64,000 nucleotides of DNA from an uncultured Acidobacteriota bacterium (GCA_963779415.1 CAVZYA010000001.1:352001-416000); one strand, 5' to 3'; shown: positions 28,818 through 39,439, counted from the first letter of the stretch. Made by a program: numbers and translations. The notes: a model not told the origin generated them from the letters alone.

Positions 28818-30889
28818 GGCAGGCTCCAAAGGCTCGAGAAGAGGATCTCGACGAGGTTCATCGCGTAGGCGCGGACCTTGGCGGAGGCCGAAGGCTCCTT
28901 CACCTTTCCGACGTTCCGGACGTTGTTGAAGGGGTCGCGGTCGAGGACGATCTTTCCTTCGGGATCGACGACGACCTGCGAGAGCTTTGAGACATACGTG
29001 GTCTTCAGCCGCAGCCACTTCGTCGTGCCGTCCCACGTCGTCCGGTACGTCTCGCCGTTCTCGAACCGGAGGAGGACGTCGACCGGGAGCGGGAGGTTTC
29101 CGGCGCGGCCGACGACGACGGTCGTCTCGTACGGTCGCTTGTCGTCCTTCTCCTTCGGCTCTTTTCTCTTCTTCTGTCCGGGCTCGAAGTCGACCGGCTT
29201 TTCGGCATCGTCGAAGCCGATGAAGCCGTCGTGTCGCTCGCTGACGGCCCGGAGGATGCGAAAATCGACCTCACCCGTGCCGTAGAACGTCTTGCGGACG
29301 AACTCCTCGAATTCCGGGATCCCGAGCGGGCGCATCTCGTCGATGAAGTCCTCGCTCGCCGGATGGTCGAACCGCCATCTCTCGGCGTATTTCCGGAAGG
29401 CGCGCCAGAACTTCTCTTCGCCGGCGAGGCGCCGGATCTGCTCCACGACGGTCGCGGCACGCGGGTAGGAGTTCCGGCCGTACGAGCCCGGGGTCGAGTA
29501 CTGCCAGGCCTTCGTGACGATCGGGTCGAAGTCGGGGGCGGAGACGATGGTCCGTTGCGTCTCTTCGTCCGTGATGCCGACGCCGAAGGGAGCCTCGAGG
29601 ACGTACCGGTATCTCCTGTCCATCATCACGGCTTCCGTGAACGAGTTGATCCCCTCGTCCATCCAGCTCTCCTCGAATTCGTTGGAGGCGAGGAGGCCGT
29701 ACCAGTAGCCGTGCCCGAACTCGTGGATGACGACCCCCTCCTGCGCGCGGACGCCCGTCAGCGGCCACCGCCCGAGCCACTTCGAGGTTCCCGCCGTATA
29801 GATCGTCTGGTACTCCATCCCGCCCGCCCCGAGGCCGTCTTCGGGGGGATCTACGATCGAGACCTGCTCGTAGGGGTAGGGGAAGGCCCAGAGGCCGAAC
29901 CACGCCAGCGCCCACTTCTGAGCGTCCTCGTACCGGGTCCACTGCGAGAGGTGGTCGGGCTGCATGTAGAAAGAGAGCTTCACCGGGTGGAAGCCCTTCA
30001 TCAGCTCCTCGCTCGTCCGGCCGAGGATCTTCGAGGCCCGCTCGATCTCTTCCTTCGGAACGTCCTTCGCGGGGTCGAAGAGCGACGTCTTGACGACGTA
30101 GCGCGGATCGGCCGTCCAGGCGAAGTCGTGAATCCGGCTCTGGACGAAGGTGAGCGTCTTCTTCCCGTTCGCCTTCTTCTCGGCGACCAGCGCACCCGCC
30201 GATCCGACGACGAACCGCTCGGGGAGGGTGATATCCACTTTGTAGTCGCCCCAGTCGGCGTAGAACTCGGAATTGGCGTGGTACTGGTGGCAGTTCCAGC
30301 CGGCCTCCGCGCGGCGGCGGGTCCCCTTCGGCTCGAGGACGCCGATCTTCGGGAACCACTGGCCGACGAAGTAGAACTCACGGACGTAGCCGGAACGGGC
30401 GAAGACCTTCGGAGCCTTCGCCTTCCAGGCGATCTCGAGCGTGATCGTCTCGCCGGGAGCGACGGGCCTCGGGAGCGTGACGGAGAGGACGGTCCGGTCG
30501 TCCGGATTCCCGTCGTCGGGGCTCTCGAACCGGAACCCTTTCGCGAGGTCCTGCCCATCCAGGGTCATCGAGGTGACATCGATGTAGCCCCAGCCGTCGG
30601 CAAGGTTCGCCCGGTCCCCACGGAGCTGACCGCCGGATTCCCTGAAGAAGGTCGACTCGTCGTTCCGAAAGGCATTCCAGTAGAGGTGGAACTTCAGCTC
30701 GGAGACCGGTATGTCGGCCGGGTTCGTCCACTTCAGCGTCTCCCGCCCGTCGAAGAGCTTCGTCTCGGGATCGAGGGAGACCCTGATGTCGTAGTCGACG
30801 ACCTTCCGGGGCGCTTCGAGAGCGAGGAGCCGGCCGGCCTGGAGAAGAACAGCGGCCGGAAGGATTGCCGCGAGGATGAAGCGTTTCAT
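28814..30889 (-). CDS. Secreted M1 family (gluzincin) aminopeptidase
   Basis: Signal peptide MKRFILAA; GGMEY exopeptidase motif; HEFGH-x18-E. Confidence 0.92.
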   Translation of the reverse strand: MKRFILAAILPAAVLLQAGRLLALEAPRKVVDYDIRVSLDPETKLFDGRETLKWTNPADIPVSELKFHLYWNAFRNDESTFFRESGGQLRGDRANLADGWGYIDVTSMTLDGQDLAKGFRFESPDDGNPDDRTVLSVTLPRPVAPGETITLEIAWKAKAPKVFARSGYVREFYFVGQWFPKIGVLEPKGTRRRAEAGWNCHQYHANSEFYADWGDYKVDITLPERFVVGSAGALVAEKKANGKKTLTFVQSRIHDFAWTADPRYVVKTSLFDPAKDVPKEEIERASKILGRTSEELMKGFHPVKLSFYMQPDHLSQWTRYEDAQKWALAWFGLWAFPYPYEQVSIVDPPEDGLGAGGMEYQTIYTAGTSKWLGRWPLTGVRAQEGVVIHEFGHGYWYGLLASNEFEESWMDEGINSFTEAVMMDRRYRYVLEAPFGVGITDEETQRTIVSAPDFDPIVTKAWQYSTPGSYGRNSYPRAATVVEQIRRLAGEEKFWRAFRKYAERWRFDHPASEDFIDEMRPLGIPEFEEFVRKTFYGTGEVDFRILRAVSERHDGFIGFDDAEKPVDFEPGQKKRKEPKEKDDKRPYETTVVVGRAGNLPLPVDVLLRFENGETYRTTWDGTTKWLRLKTTYVSKLSQVVVDPEGKIVLDRDPFNNVRNVGKVKEPSASAKVRAYAMNLVEILFSSLWSLP

Positions 30890-31055
30890 GCGCAATTTCA
30901 GAGCCAGGGCCGGCCGACTATACGCTGGCCCCGACGTGGCGCCGCGAAGGATCCGCTTGAACGTCGCCCTCCGTGGCGGATACGCTAGGCGATTCGTGGA
31001 CCGTGATGAAGCCGATCCGGGACCGCCCGTGCGCGAGCGAGACGCGTCTCGCGAG

Positions 31056-32063
31056 GTGATTCCCGGGCGAATCTTCGTTACGGGCGGCTCAGGCTTCATC
31101 GGCGAGCGGCTGCTGGAGGCTCTCCTGAGGGAAGGGCGTTCTGTCCGGGCACTCTCGCACTCCGCCCGAAACCGAGGCCTCGCCGGCGGCCGACGGTTGG
31201 ATTGGGTGTCTGGCGACATCCTCGACCGCGAATCCCTTCGCCGTGGAATGGCGGGCTGCACGGAGGTCTTCCATCTGGCCGCCTATGCGAGGAACTGGGC
31301 GAAGGACCCGGCGGTCTACTCGCGGGTAAACGTCGACGGCGCCCGGAACGTCTTCGAGACGGCACGGGAGGCCGGCGTCCGGCGGATCGTCCATACCTCC
31401 ACCGTCGTCGTCTGCGGCCCGACGCCTCCCGGAGTGGTCGGCACCGAGGAGACGCCCCGGGCGACTCCCCGCTTCCTCACGAAGTACGAGGAGAGCAAGG
31501 CCGTCGCCGAGAAGGAAGCCCTGGGGCTGGCGTCGCGCGGTCTCCCGATCGTCGTCGTCGAGCCGACGCGCGTCTACGGACCAGGGAAACTGACAGAGGG
31601 CAACTCGGTCTCCATGATGATCGGCCAGTACGGCCGCGGCCGGTTTCCCTTCCTGCTCGACCGGGGCCGGAACGTCGGAAACTATGCCTTCGTGGACGAC
31701 CTCGTCGAGGGACACATCCTGGCGATGAAGAAGGGGGTCGTGGGGGAGCGTTACATTCTCGGAGGAGAGAACGCGTCCCTCGAACGGCTCTTCCGGATGG
31801 TGGACGAGCTGACGGACCGGAGGCACCGGCAGCTGAGCCTGACCCCCACTCTGGCGAGGCTCTTCGCCCGCCTCGAAGAGCGGAAGGCCGAGTGGCTCGG
31901 CCTCTACCCCAGCATCACGCCCGGGTGGGTGGAGACGTTCCTGAACGACTGGGCCTTCTCGAGCGCGAAGGCGGAACGCGACCTCGGCTACCGGGTCACG
32001 CCTCTCCGCGAAGGCCTCCGGCGAACGCTCGCCTGGCTCTTCGGGGAGAAGAGGGCGGCATGA
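31056..32063 (+). CDS. NAD-dependent epimerase/dehydratase (extended SDR, HpnA/3-beta-HSD-like)
   Basis: VTGGSGFIG, FHLAA, YEESK, VYGPG. Confidence 0.9.
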   Translation: MIPGRIFVTGGSGFIGERLLEALLREGRSVRALSHSARNRGLAGGRRLDWVSGDILDRESLRRGMAGCTEVFHLAAYARNWAKDPAVYSRVNVDGARNVFETAREAGVRRIVHTSTVVVCGPTPPGVVGTEETPRATPRFLTKYEESKAVAEKEALGLASRGLPIVVVEPTRVYGPGKLTEGNSVSMMIGQYGRGRFPFLLDRGRNVGNYAFVDDLVEGHILAMKKGVVGERYILGGENASLERLFRMVDELTDRRHRQLSLTPTLARLFARLEERKAEWLGLYPSITPGWVETFLNDWAFSSAKAERDLGYRVTPLREGLRRTLAWLFGEKRAA

Positions 32064-32797
32064 GCGCGGAGAGGACGGGGCCTTCCCTCGCGGAGCTGTT
32101 CCGAACGGCCGATCGGAAGCCGACCGTGATTCTCCTGTCGGTGACCGTGCTCGGGGCGGTCTACAGGTACTTCGGGAGCAAGGCGTTCTTCCTCTCGCAC
32201 CTCGCGTCGTGGCTGTCTCCCGGTCGGGACGCGGATCTCTTCGGAGGGCTCTACACCTTCGGCTCCTCCTTCGTCCTGTTCGGTCTCGTCCCTGTCCTCA
32301 TCGTGAAGACCCTGTTCCGGGAGCCCCTCTCGGCCTACGGCGTCGCGCTGGGTGACTGGTCATTCGGCTGGAGGGTCGTCGTCTTCACGATCCCGCTGTC
32401 GCTGGCCCTCAGCTTCGCCGCGTCGAGGAACCCCGAGTTCCTCGTCGAGTACCCGCTCATCCGGGCGGCCACGGGAAGCACGACCGTCTTCGCGGGCCAC
32501 GCTGCGGCCTACCTCCTGTTCTACATAGGCTGGGAGGTCGCGTTCCGCGGATTCCTGCAGTTCGGCCTGCGGGATGCGATCGGTGACTGGAATGCCATCC
32601 TCGTCCAGACATTCGGTACGTGCCTTCTCCACATCGGCAAGCCTTTCGGCGAGACGATGGGAGCGATCGTCGGAGGGGTGGTCTGGGGAATCATTGCCTA
32701 CCGCTCGCGCTCGCTTCTCTACCCCATCCTGACGCACTGGCTGCTGGGGATCTCGCTCGACCTCTTCATCGCTCTTCGCGGCGCGGAGGTGCGGTGA
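32060..32797 (+). CDS. CPBP (CAAX/Abi) family intramembrane glutamic protease
   Basis: WEVAFRG, HIGKPFGE, H in last TM; ATGA overlap. Confidence 0.85.
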   Translation: MSAERTGPSLAELFRTADRKPTVILLSVTVLGAVYRYFGSKAFFLSHLASWLSPGRDADLFGGLYTFGSSFVLFGLVPVLIVKTLFREPLSAYGVALGDWSFGWRVVVFTIPLSLALSFAASRNPEFLVEYPLIRAATGSTTVFAGHAAAYLLFYIGWEVAFRGFLQFGLRDAIGDWNAILVQTFGTCLLHIGKPFGETMGAIVGGVVWGIIAYRSRSLLYPILTHWLLGISLDLFIALRGAEVR

Positions 32798-33729
32798 CGG
32801 GGCGAGCACCGGGAAGCGCGGACGCGGGCCGGATCGTCTTCGCGAAGGCCGGCCTGATGGCGACCGACGCTCTCATCCTCGCGACCCTCGCGCTCTTCAT
32901 CGCTCTGGCGCTGCTTTTCCGGAACCGCGTCGACGGCTGGGGCCTTCTCGTCGCGAGGAGCCTCGTCGTCTTTGTCGCGGTCCTCGCATCGGCGGCTCTC
33001 GCACGACGCATCCGGGTTCCGTTCGGCCGGTTCCTGCTCCGCACGGCCACGGTCACGCTCTCGTTCGCCTACCTGTTCGAGACGGTCGCCGGACTACAGA
33101 TGATCCTCCACGGACGTTTCCTCGACGACGTCGTTCTCGCGTTCGAGCAGCGGCTCTTTGGCGTCCAACCTACCGTCTGGCTGGAGCGGTTCATGAGGCC
33201 GGCTCTCACGGAGTGGCTGATGTTCTGCTACGTCGTCTACCTTCCGCTCTATCCGGTCCTCTGCGCGATCCTCTGGGTCCGGCGCGGGGAGGCGGCCGTC
33301 GAGGAGTATTTCTTCATCCTGGGCCTGACGAACGTTCTTTGCGACGTCGGCTTCATCCTCTTCCCCGTGGCCGGCCCGCTCTACAGCATTCCCGGCCAAT
33401 ACAGCGTGCCCCTCGACGGCTGGGTGTTCACCTGGGCGGGCGAGCTCATCCGGTCCAGGGCTCACTTCGCGGGGGGCTCGATTCCGAGTCCTCACGCCGC
33501 CGTCGCAACGGTGATGTGGATGATGACCTGGAAGCATTACCGCCCGGCGTTCTGGGCCCTCTCGCCGGTGATCCTCTCCCTCTACATCTCCACGGTCTAC
33601 TGCCGGTATCACTATTTGACGGACCTGGTCGCGGGGATCGCGACGGCCACTCTGGCGGCTCTCGTGGCGCCGCCATTGCTCCGCGTGTGGGACCGGCTCG
33701 CCCGCGGTCGCGACCTCCACGCACAGTAG
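32794..33729 (+). CDS. PAP2/Aur1-like membrane phosphotransferase or phosphatase
   Basis: PVAGP, IPSPH, YHYLTD motifs; multi-TM. Confidence 0.82.
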   Translation: MTGRAPGSADAGRIVFAKAGLMATDALILATLALFIALALLFRNRVDGWGLLVARSLVVFVAVLASAALARRIRVPFGRFLLRTATVTLSFAYLFETVAGLQMILHGRFLDDVVLAFEQRLFGVQPTVWLERFMRPALTEWLMFCYVVYLPLYPVLCAILWVRRGEAAVEEYFFILGLTNVLCDVGFILFPVAGPLYSIPGQYSVPLDGWVFTWAGELIRSRAHFAGGSIPSPHAAVATVMWMMTWKHYRPAFWALSPVILSLYISTVYCRYHYLTDLVAGIATATLAALVAPPLLRVWDRLARGRDLHAQ

Positions 33730-33741
33730 ACTTGGCGGATC

Positions 33742-34758
33742 TTGGAGAAGCGCCCCCTCGTCGCCCTCACCGGGGGAACCGGGTTCGTCGGAAGCCACGT
33801 GGCAGACGCCCTCCTCGCCTCGGGCTACCGGGTTCGGGCTCTCGTCCGGCGTCCGGAAGCTCCCGGCTGGCTGAAAGGGATGGACGTCGAGATCGTCAAG
33901 GGCGATGTTCGCGACGCCTCGTCCCTGGACGCCCTGGTGGAGGGAGCGGAAGCCGTCGTTCACGCGGCGGGGAAGACGTCGGCAAGGAACGAGGCGGAGT
34001 ACCTCGCGGCGAACGCGGGGGGAACGGCGAACGTCGCGGCCGCGACGTCGCGAGAGGCGAGAGGTGCGCACGTCGTCCTCGTCTCGTCTCTGGGGGCGGC
34101 AGGTCCGGGCCGGGCCGGTGCGCCGCTCAAGGCAACCGATCCCGCACGGCCGGTCTCCTCGTACGGACGGTCGAAGCTCGCCGGAGAGCTGGAACTCCGG
34201 CGTGCGACCGGCATCTCGTACACCATTCTCCGCCCCTCGGCCGTCTACGGTCCGCGCGAGACCGCCATCCGGGACCTCTTCGTCGCGGTCTCGAAGGGAA
34301 TCGTCCCTCTTCTCGCCGGCGGGACCCCCCGGATCCAGCTCGTCTATGCCCCCGACTTCGCCTCTGCCGTGATCGGTGCCCTCCGGAGAGGGGGGAGAGG
34401 CGAGACCTTCTTCGTGGCCCACCCGGAGATCCTCACGTACGGGACGATCGCCGAGACCCTGGCCGGCCTCCCGTCGAAGAGGCCGTTTCTCGTCCCGGTT
34501 CCCGGCCCCCTGATCCGGTTCGCGGGCGTCGTCGTCGGCGCCGCCTCGTGGTTCGGGAAGGGACCTCCGGTCTTCAATGCCGAAAAAGCAGACGAGATGC
34601 TTCAGCCGGCGTGGCTCTGTGACGTCTCCGAAACGCAGTCTGCGCTGGGCGGGCCGCTGAAGACGGAATTCCGGTCGGGGGCCCGCCGGACATGGGACTG
34701 GTACGCGGCGAACGGATGGATTCGCTCTGATAACATCACCGCAGGGAAGAGGAGCTAG
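33742..34758 (+). CDS. NAD-dependent epimerase/dehydratase (candidate ceramide/3-oxo reductase)
   Basis: LTGGTGFVG, YGRSK, RPSAVYGP; directly upstream of spt. Confidence 0.85.
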   Translation: MEKRPLVALTGGTGFVGSHVADALLASGYRVRALVRRPEAPGWLKGMDVEIVKGDVRDASSLDALVEGAEAVVHAAGKTSARNEAEYLAANAGGTANVAAATSREARGAHVVLVSSLGAAGPGRAGAPLKATDPARPVSSYGRSKLAGELELRRATGISYTILRPSAVYGPRETAIRDLFVAVSKGIVPLLAGGTPRIQLVYAPDFASAVIGALRRGGRGETFFVAHPEILTYGTIAETLAGLPSKRPFLVPVPGPLIRFAGVVVGAASWFGKGPPVFNAEKADEMLQPAWLCDVSETQSALGGPLKTEFRSGARRTWDWYAANGWIRSDNITAGKRS

Positions 34759-36036
34759 ATGACCGATTCTCGTCTGGCGCGGCCGGCGGCCGCCGGAGCG
34801 GAAGAGATATCCGGGGTGGCCGTCCGCTCCGCCGTACCGTCCGCGGGCCGTTCAATCTTCGAGAAGTGCCGCGCCTACACGACGCCGGACGACCTGAAGG
34901 CGGCGGGCCTCTTCCCCTACTTCAGGACCGTCGAGTCGGGACAGGACCCGGTCGTCATGATGAACGGCCGTGAGATGGTCATGCTGGGGTCGAACAACTA
35001 CCTCGGTCTGACTTCTCACCCGAAAGTCAAGGAAGCCGCCATCGCCGCCGTGAGGAAATACGGCGCGGGGTGCGCCGGGAGCCGGCTGCTGAACGGCACG
35101 CTCGACATTCACGTCAAGCTCGAGGAGCGGCTGGCCGGTTTCATGAACAAGCCCGCCTGCGTGACGTTCTCGACCGGTTTCGCCGTCAACCTCGGGGTTC
35201 TCGCGACGATGGCGCAGAAGGGCGACACGATCTATCTCGACCGGCAGGACCACGCCTGCATCTACGACGGGGCGCGCCTCGCCATCGGGGCCGACGTCAA
35301 GAAGTTCCGGCACAACGACCCGTCGGACCTTCGCCGGCTCCTTTCCATGGGCGTCCGGAAGGGAGGCCGGTTCCTCGTCGTGGACGGCATCTTCTCCATG
35401 GAGGGCGACATCGCCCCGATCCGCGAATACGTCGATCTCTGCGAGGCGTGGGACGTGGGGTTCATGGTGGACGACGCGCATGGCATCGGCGTCCTCGGAC
35501 GGCACGGGCGGGGGACGGTCGAGCATTTCGGCCTCGAGGACCGGGTCGATCTGATCATGGGGACTTTCTCGAAGTCCCTCGCGACGGTCGGCGGCTTCGT
35601 CGTCGGAGACGTCGACGTGATCAAGTACATCAAGCACCGGGCGCGCTCGCTGATGTTCACGGCGGCGCCCCCCCCCGCCTCGGTCGCCGCGGCCCTCGCC
35701 GCGGTGGACATCATCGAAGCGGAGCCCGAGCGGCGCGAGAGGCTCTGGGAGAACACGCGCTTCATGCTGACGGAGCTCCGGGCCATGGGATTCGACTGCG
35801 GCCACTCCAACACGCCCGTCATCCCCATCGTCGTCGGCGAGGACATGGACGCTTTCCGGACGGCGGTTCGCCTCCAGGAGGAAGGGGTCTTCGTGAATGC
35901 GGTCGTGAGCCCCGCCACCCCGCCGGGGCGTGCCCTCATCCGGACGTCGTACATGGCGACCCACACGAGGGAACAGCTCACCCGCGCCCTCGGGGCCTTC
36001 CGGAAGGTCGGCCTCGAGATGGGCCTCATCTCCTAG
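34759..36036 (+). CDS. spt: Serine palmitoyltransferase (alpha-oxoamine synthase)
   Basis: FPYFR..ESGQD, GSNNYLGL, GSRLLNGT, DDAHG, GTFSKS; adjacent to ceramide synthase-like gene. Confidence 0.78.
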   Translation: MTDSRLARPAAAGAEEISGVAVRSAVPSAGRSIFEKCRAYTTPDDLKAAGLFPYFRTVESGQDPVVMMNGREMVMLGSNNYLGLTSHPKVKEAAIAAVRKYGAGCAGSRLLNGTLDIHVKLEERLAGFMNKPACVTFSTGFAVNLGVLATMAQKGDTIYLDRQDHACIYDGARLAIGADVKKFRHNDPSDLRRLLSMGVRKGGRFLVVDGIFSMEGDIAPIREYVDLCEAWDVGFMVDDAHGIGVLGRHGRGTVEHFGLEDRVDLIMGTFSKSLATVGGFVVGDVDVIKYIKHRARSLMFTAAPPPASVAAALAAVDIIEAEPERRERLWENTRFMLTELRAMGFDCGHSNTPVIPIVVGEDMDAFRTAVRLQEEGVFVNAVVSPATPPGRALIRTSYMATHTREQLTRALGAFRKVGLEMGLIS

Positions 36037-37184
36037 GTGGCCGACCCCGTCGTCACCGGCGTGGGGTCGGGCGGAGATCTCCGCGCCTTCGTCGAGCTTC
36101 CTTACCGGCTCTATCGGGGCGACCCGGACTGGGCCCCCCCCTCCGGAGCGACGTGAAGTGGATGCTCGACGAGGCGAAGAATCCGTTCTGGAAGCACGCG
36201 AGGAAGCGGCTTTTCATCGCCCGGCGGGACGGAAGAGTGGTCGGGCGGATCGCCGCGATCGCCGACGACGAGCACAACCGCGTCTGGGGAGACAAGACCG
36301 CCTTCTTCGGCTTCTTCGAGTGCGAGAACGATGCGGAGGCCGCGAAGGCGCTCTTCACCGCGGCCGAAGGCGCCGCGAAGGAGATCCTCCCGGGCTGCGA
36401 CAAGCTCCGCGGACCGGCCAACCCGTCGCTGAACGAGGAGGTCGGTGCGCTCATTCCCGCGGAGAGCGACGCCGGCATTCCGTTCCTGATGATGACCTAC
36501 AACCCGGCTTATTACCTCGACCTCTTCGCCTCCGCCGGTTTCGTCAAGGAGAAGGATCTCGTCGCGATCCTCGCGCCGGTGGACGACCGCTCCCTCGGCC
36601 GGCTCGGGCGGATTGCGGAGGGGGTACGGCGCCGCGAGAAGGGGGGGCTGGTCATCCGGCCGATCCGGATGGACAAGTTCGCCGAGGACCTCGCCATCGT
36701 CAAGGAGATCTACAACAAGGCGTGGGAGAAGAACTGGGGCTTCGTGCCGATGACGTCGGAGGAGATCGATGCCATGGCGAAGAAGCTCAAGCCGCTCCTC
36801 TATCCCCCGTGGGTGCTCTTCGTCGAGCTGAACGGGACGCCCGTCGCTTTCCACCTCGCGATCCCGGACTACAACCTCGTCCTGAACAAGCTCGGGGGCT
36901 CGCTCTTTCCGTTCGGGTGGCTGAAGTTCCTGCTCCTGAAGGGGAAGATCGACCGCAGCCGGACGATGGCCCTCGGCGTCCTCCCCGAGTACCGCAAGAG
37001 AGGCTTCGACGCGGTTCTCTACTACGAGGCGATGAAGGAAGGGGTCCGGATCGGGACGAAGTGGGCCGAGTTCTCCTGGATGCTCGAGGACAATCTCGAC
37101 ATCCTCCGGCCCCTCGAGGTCTTCGGCGGCCGGATCTACCGCCGCTACCGGCTCGTCTGCCGGCCGGTTCCCTCCGGCGCGTAG
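36037..37184 (+). CDS. GNAT-fold protein, bacterial ceramide synthase (bCerS)-like; frameshift in the C-run near 36133-36141
   Basis: FVELPYRLY (GTG 36037) then GRIAAI..HN, FGFFEC.ND, GPANPS.NEE.G, YNP.YY, WEKNWGFVP, SWMLEDN. Confidence 0.78.
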
Positions 37185-38053
37185 ATCCCGGGCTCCCGCC
37201 AGCGGAGCCAGGCGTCGCCGGCCCAAAGGACGAGCGGCGTGAGGGCGAACCCCGCGAGGACGTCGACGAGGTAGTGGTACCGGCCGTAGATCGTCGCGAC
37301 GTAGAGCGGGACGGCGAAGAAGAGGAAGCCGAGGAAGGTCTTCCGCGAGCGCTTCGCGGCTTCGATGAGGACGAGCGTCACGACCATCGTGTGCCCGGAG
37401 GGGAAGATGTCCCGCTTGTTCGACTCCGCCTTTTCGAGGGCCTCGTCGATCGCATGACCGACGGGGCCCCGGACGACCGGCGAGGGGAAGGAGAGGGTGA
37501 AGCGCGGCCCGACGGCGGGAACTGCGAAATAACCCGCGTAGCTGACGTAGAAGGTCAGGACGAGAAGGAAGCCGAGCCGCAGAAAGCGTTCGCCGGGACG
37601 CCCGAGGTCGCGAAGGTCGTCGGCGTAGACGAGGGCGCCGAGGGCGATCGGGTGGAAGTAGTAGAGGGCGTAGAAGACGGTCAGGAGCGTGCCGAGAAGG
37701 GGAGAGGAGAACGGCTCGAGGAGCCGCGCGGCATCGGTGCCGAGGAGCAGGCGGTCCGCGGCGATGAGCCATCCGTCCCGGTCGACGGGGTGGACGGCGC
37801 GGACGAGCGGCCCGACGCTCTCGAAGATGAGGAGTATCGGGGCGACGATGTGAAAGTCGAGGAGGGCCGCAACCGGCCGGGGGAGCCGCGGCCACCGGGC
37901 CCGGGCGGCCGCGACGAGAATCGGCACGACGCCGGCCACGGCGATCTTCGCGATCGAGGCGTGATCGGCCACGCGAGGCCAGCAGACGAGCCCCGTCGCG
38001 ACGAGGAGCGCCGCGAAGGCGATCGTCAGCTTCTCGACGGGCTGAAAGCGCAC
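37145..38053 (-). CDS. PAP2/Aur1-like membrane phosphotransferase or phosphatase
   Basis: PAVGP, FPSGH, YHYLVD; GTG 38053 lies 5 nt after an extended -10-like TGcTACAAA. Confidence 0.82.
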   Translation of the reverse strand: MRFQPVEKLTIAFAALLVATGLVCWPRVADHASIAKIAVAGVVPILVAAARARWPRLPRPVAALLDFHIVAPILLIFESVGPLVRAVHPVDRDGWLIAADRLLLGTDAARLLEPFSSPLLGTLLTVFYALYYFHPIALGALVYADDLRDLGRPGERFLRLGFLLVLTFYVSYAGYFAVPAVGPRFTLSFPSPVVRGPVGHAIDEALEKAESNKRDIFPSGHTMVVTLVLIEAAKRSRKTFLGFLFFAVPLYVATIYGRYHYLVDVLAGFALTPLVLWAGDAWLRWREPGIYAPEGTGRQTSR

Positions 38054-38101
38054 GGCGCTTTGTAGCACGCGCGGACCACCGCCGGTTCCTATAATGACCT
38101 C

Positions 38102-39439
38102 ATGAGGCGAGACCTGCTTCTCCTCCCGGTTCTCCTGCTCGCGGCGCTCCCGATCCGTGCGGGTGAGGAAGCCGGGAAGAAAGGGTCATTGCCGACGCGG
38201 CAGGACGTCGTCGTCGCGGACCTGAACACCGAGGTGCACGACGTCAGCGCCGAGTTTCTGACGAAGACGATCGAGGAGGCCGCGGCGGCGGGATCGCCGC
38301 TCGTCGTCATCCGGATCAATACCCCCGGCGGGCGGCTCGACTCGACGCGAAGGATCACGCAGGCGATCCTCGCCTCTCCGATTCCCGTCGTCGGCTACGT
38401 CTGGCCTCCCGGGGGGCAGGCGGCCTCCGCCGGCTTCTTCGTCCTGATGTCTTGTGACGTGGCAGCCATGGCGCCCGGGACGAACGCCGGAGCGGCGTCG
38501 CCGGTCGGAAGCGGCGGCGCGGATCTCCCGAAGACGATCGGAAAGAAGATCAGCGAGGATTCCGCGGCACTGATGCGCTCCCTGACCGAGCCGCGCGGGC
38601 GCCCTTCCGATCTCGCCGTCAAGACGATCACCGAGGCCGTCTCGTTCTCGGAGACGGAATGCCTGGAGAAGAAGATCGTCGAGATCGTGGCCCGCGACAT
38701 GGACGACCTCCTCCGGCAGCTCGACGGCCGGACGATCCGGCGGGTGGGGCGTCCCGAGGTGACTCTTCGGACGGCGGGACTCCCGTGGATGGTGGTGGCC
38801 ATGTCGCCGCTTCAGCGGGCCCTCGCGGTCATCGCGAGCCCGGTGCTGGCCGGCCTCCTGATGCTCCTCGGCCTCGTCGGCCTCTATGCCGAGCTTCAGA
38901 ACCCGGGGGCCATCCTGCCGGGTGTCCTCGGCGGCATCTGCCTCCTGCTCGGGCTCTTCGCCCTGTCGGTCCTGCCGACGAACTGGGTGGGGATCGGCCT
39001 CATGATGCTCGGCCTTCTCTTCTTTCTCCTCGAGGTGAAGCTCACGGGGCACGGGCTCTTCGCCCTCGGCGGCGCCGTCTCGATCATCCTCGGGGCCGTG
39101 CTCCTCGTCTCCCGCGCCGACGGCGCGCCGAGCGGCGAACTCTGGTTCCTCGTCGCGGCGGCGGCCACCACGGCGGCGATCCTCGCCGCGCTCTCGTTCA
39201 AGGCGATCGCGGTTCAGCGGCTTCCGGACAGGACCGGGGACGGGAGCCTCGTCGGGCTCGTCGTCCCGGCGCGGACCGACCTCGCCCCCGCCGGAAAGAT
39301 CTTCGCCGACGGCGCGCTCTGGGACGCGCGGTCGGAGACCCCCGTCAACGCCGGAGAGCCGGTCCGGATCGTGGCCGTCGAGGGGCTCTCCCTCGTCGTC
39401 CGCCCGGAGCCGGCTGCCGCGAGCCATAAGGAGCCCTGA
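38102..39439 (+). CDS. nfeD: NfeD membrane-bound serine protease (ClpP class)
   Basis: NTPGG, AASAG, APGTN.GAA, TM region, C-terminal OB fold (G.LW.A). Confidence 0.92.
   Translation: MRRDLLLLPVLLLAALPIRAGEEAGKKGSLPTRQDVVVADLNTEVHDVSAEFLTKTIEEAAAAGSPLVVIRINTPGGRLDSTRRITQAILASPIPVVGYVWPPGGQAASAGFFVLMSCDVAAMAPGTNAGAASPVGSGGADLPKTIGKKISEDSAALMRSLTEPRGRPSDLAVKTITEAVSFSETECLEKKIVEIVARDMDDLLRQLDGRTIRRVGRPEVTLRTAGLPWMVVAMSPLQRALAVIASPVLAGLLMLLGLVGLYAELQNPGAILPGVLGGICLLLGLFALSVLPTNWVGIGLMMLGLLFFLLEVKLTGHGLFALGGAVSIILGAVLLVSRADGAPSGELWFLVAAAATTAAILAALSFKAIAVQRLPDRTGDGSLVGLVVPARTDLAPAGKIFADGALWDARSETPVNAGEPVRIVAVEGLSLVVRPEPAAASHKEP

Noticed and set aside
36131-36142. Poly-C tract in the ceramide synthase-like gene as a phase-variation switch
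   Set aside because: A homopolymer indel is the commonest long-read error and this assembly has many others; cannot be distinguished without reads
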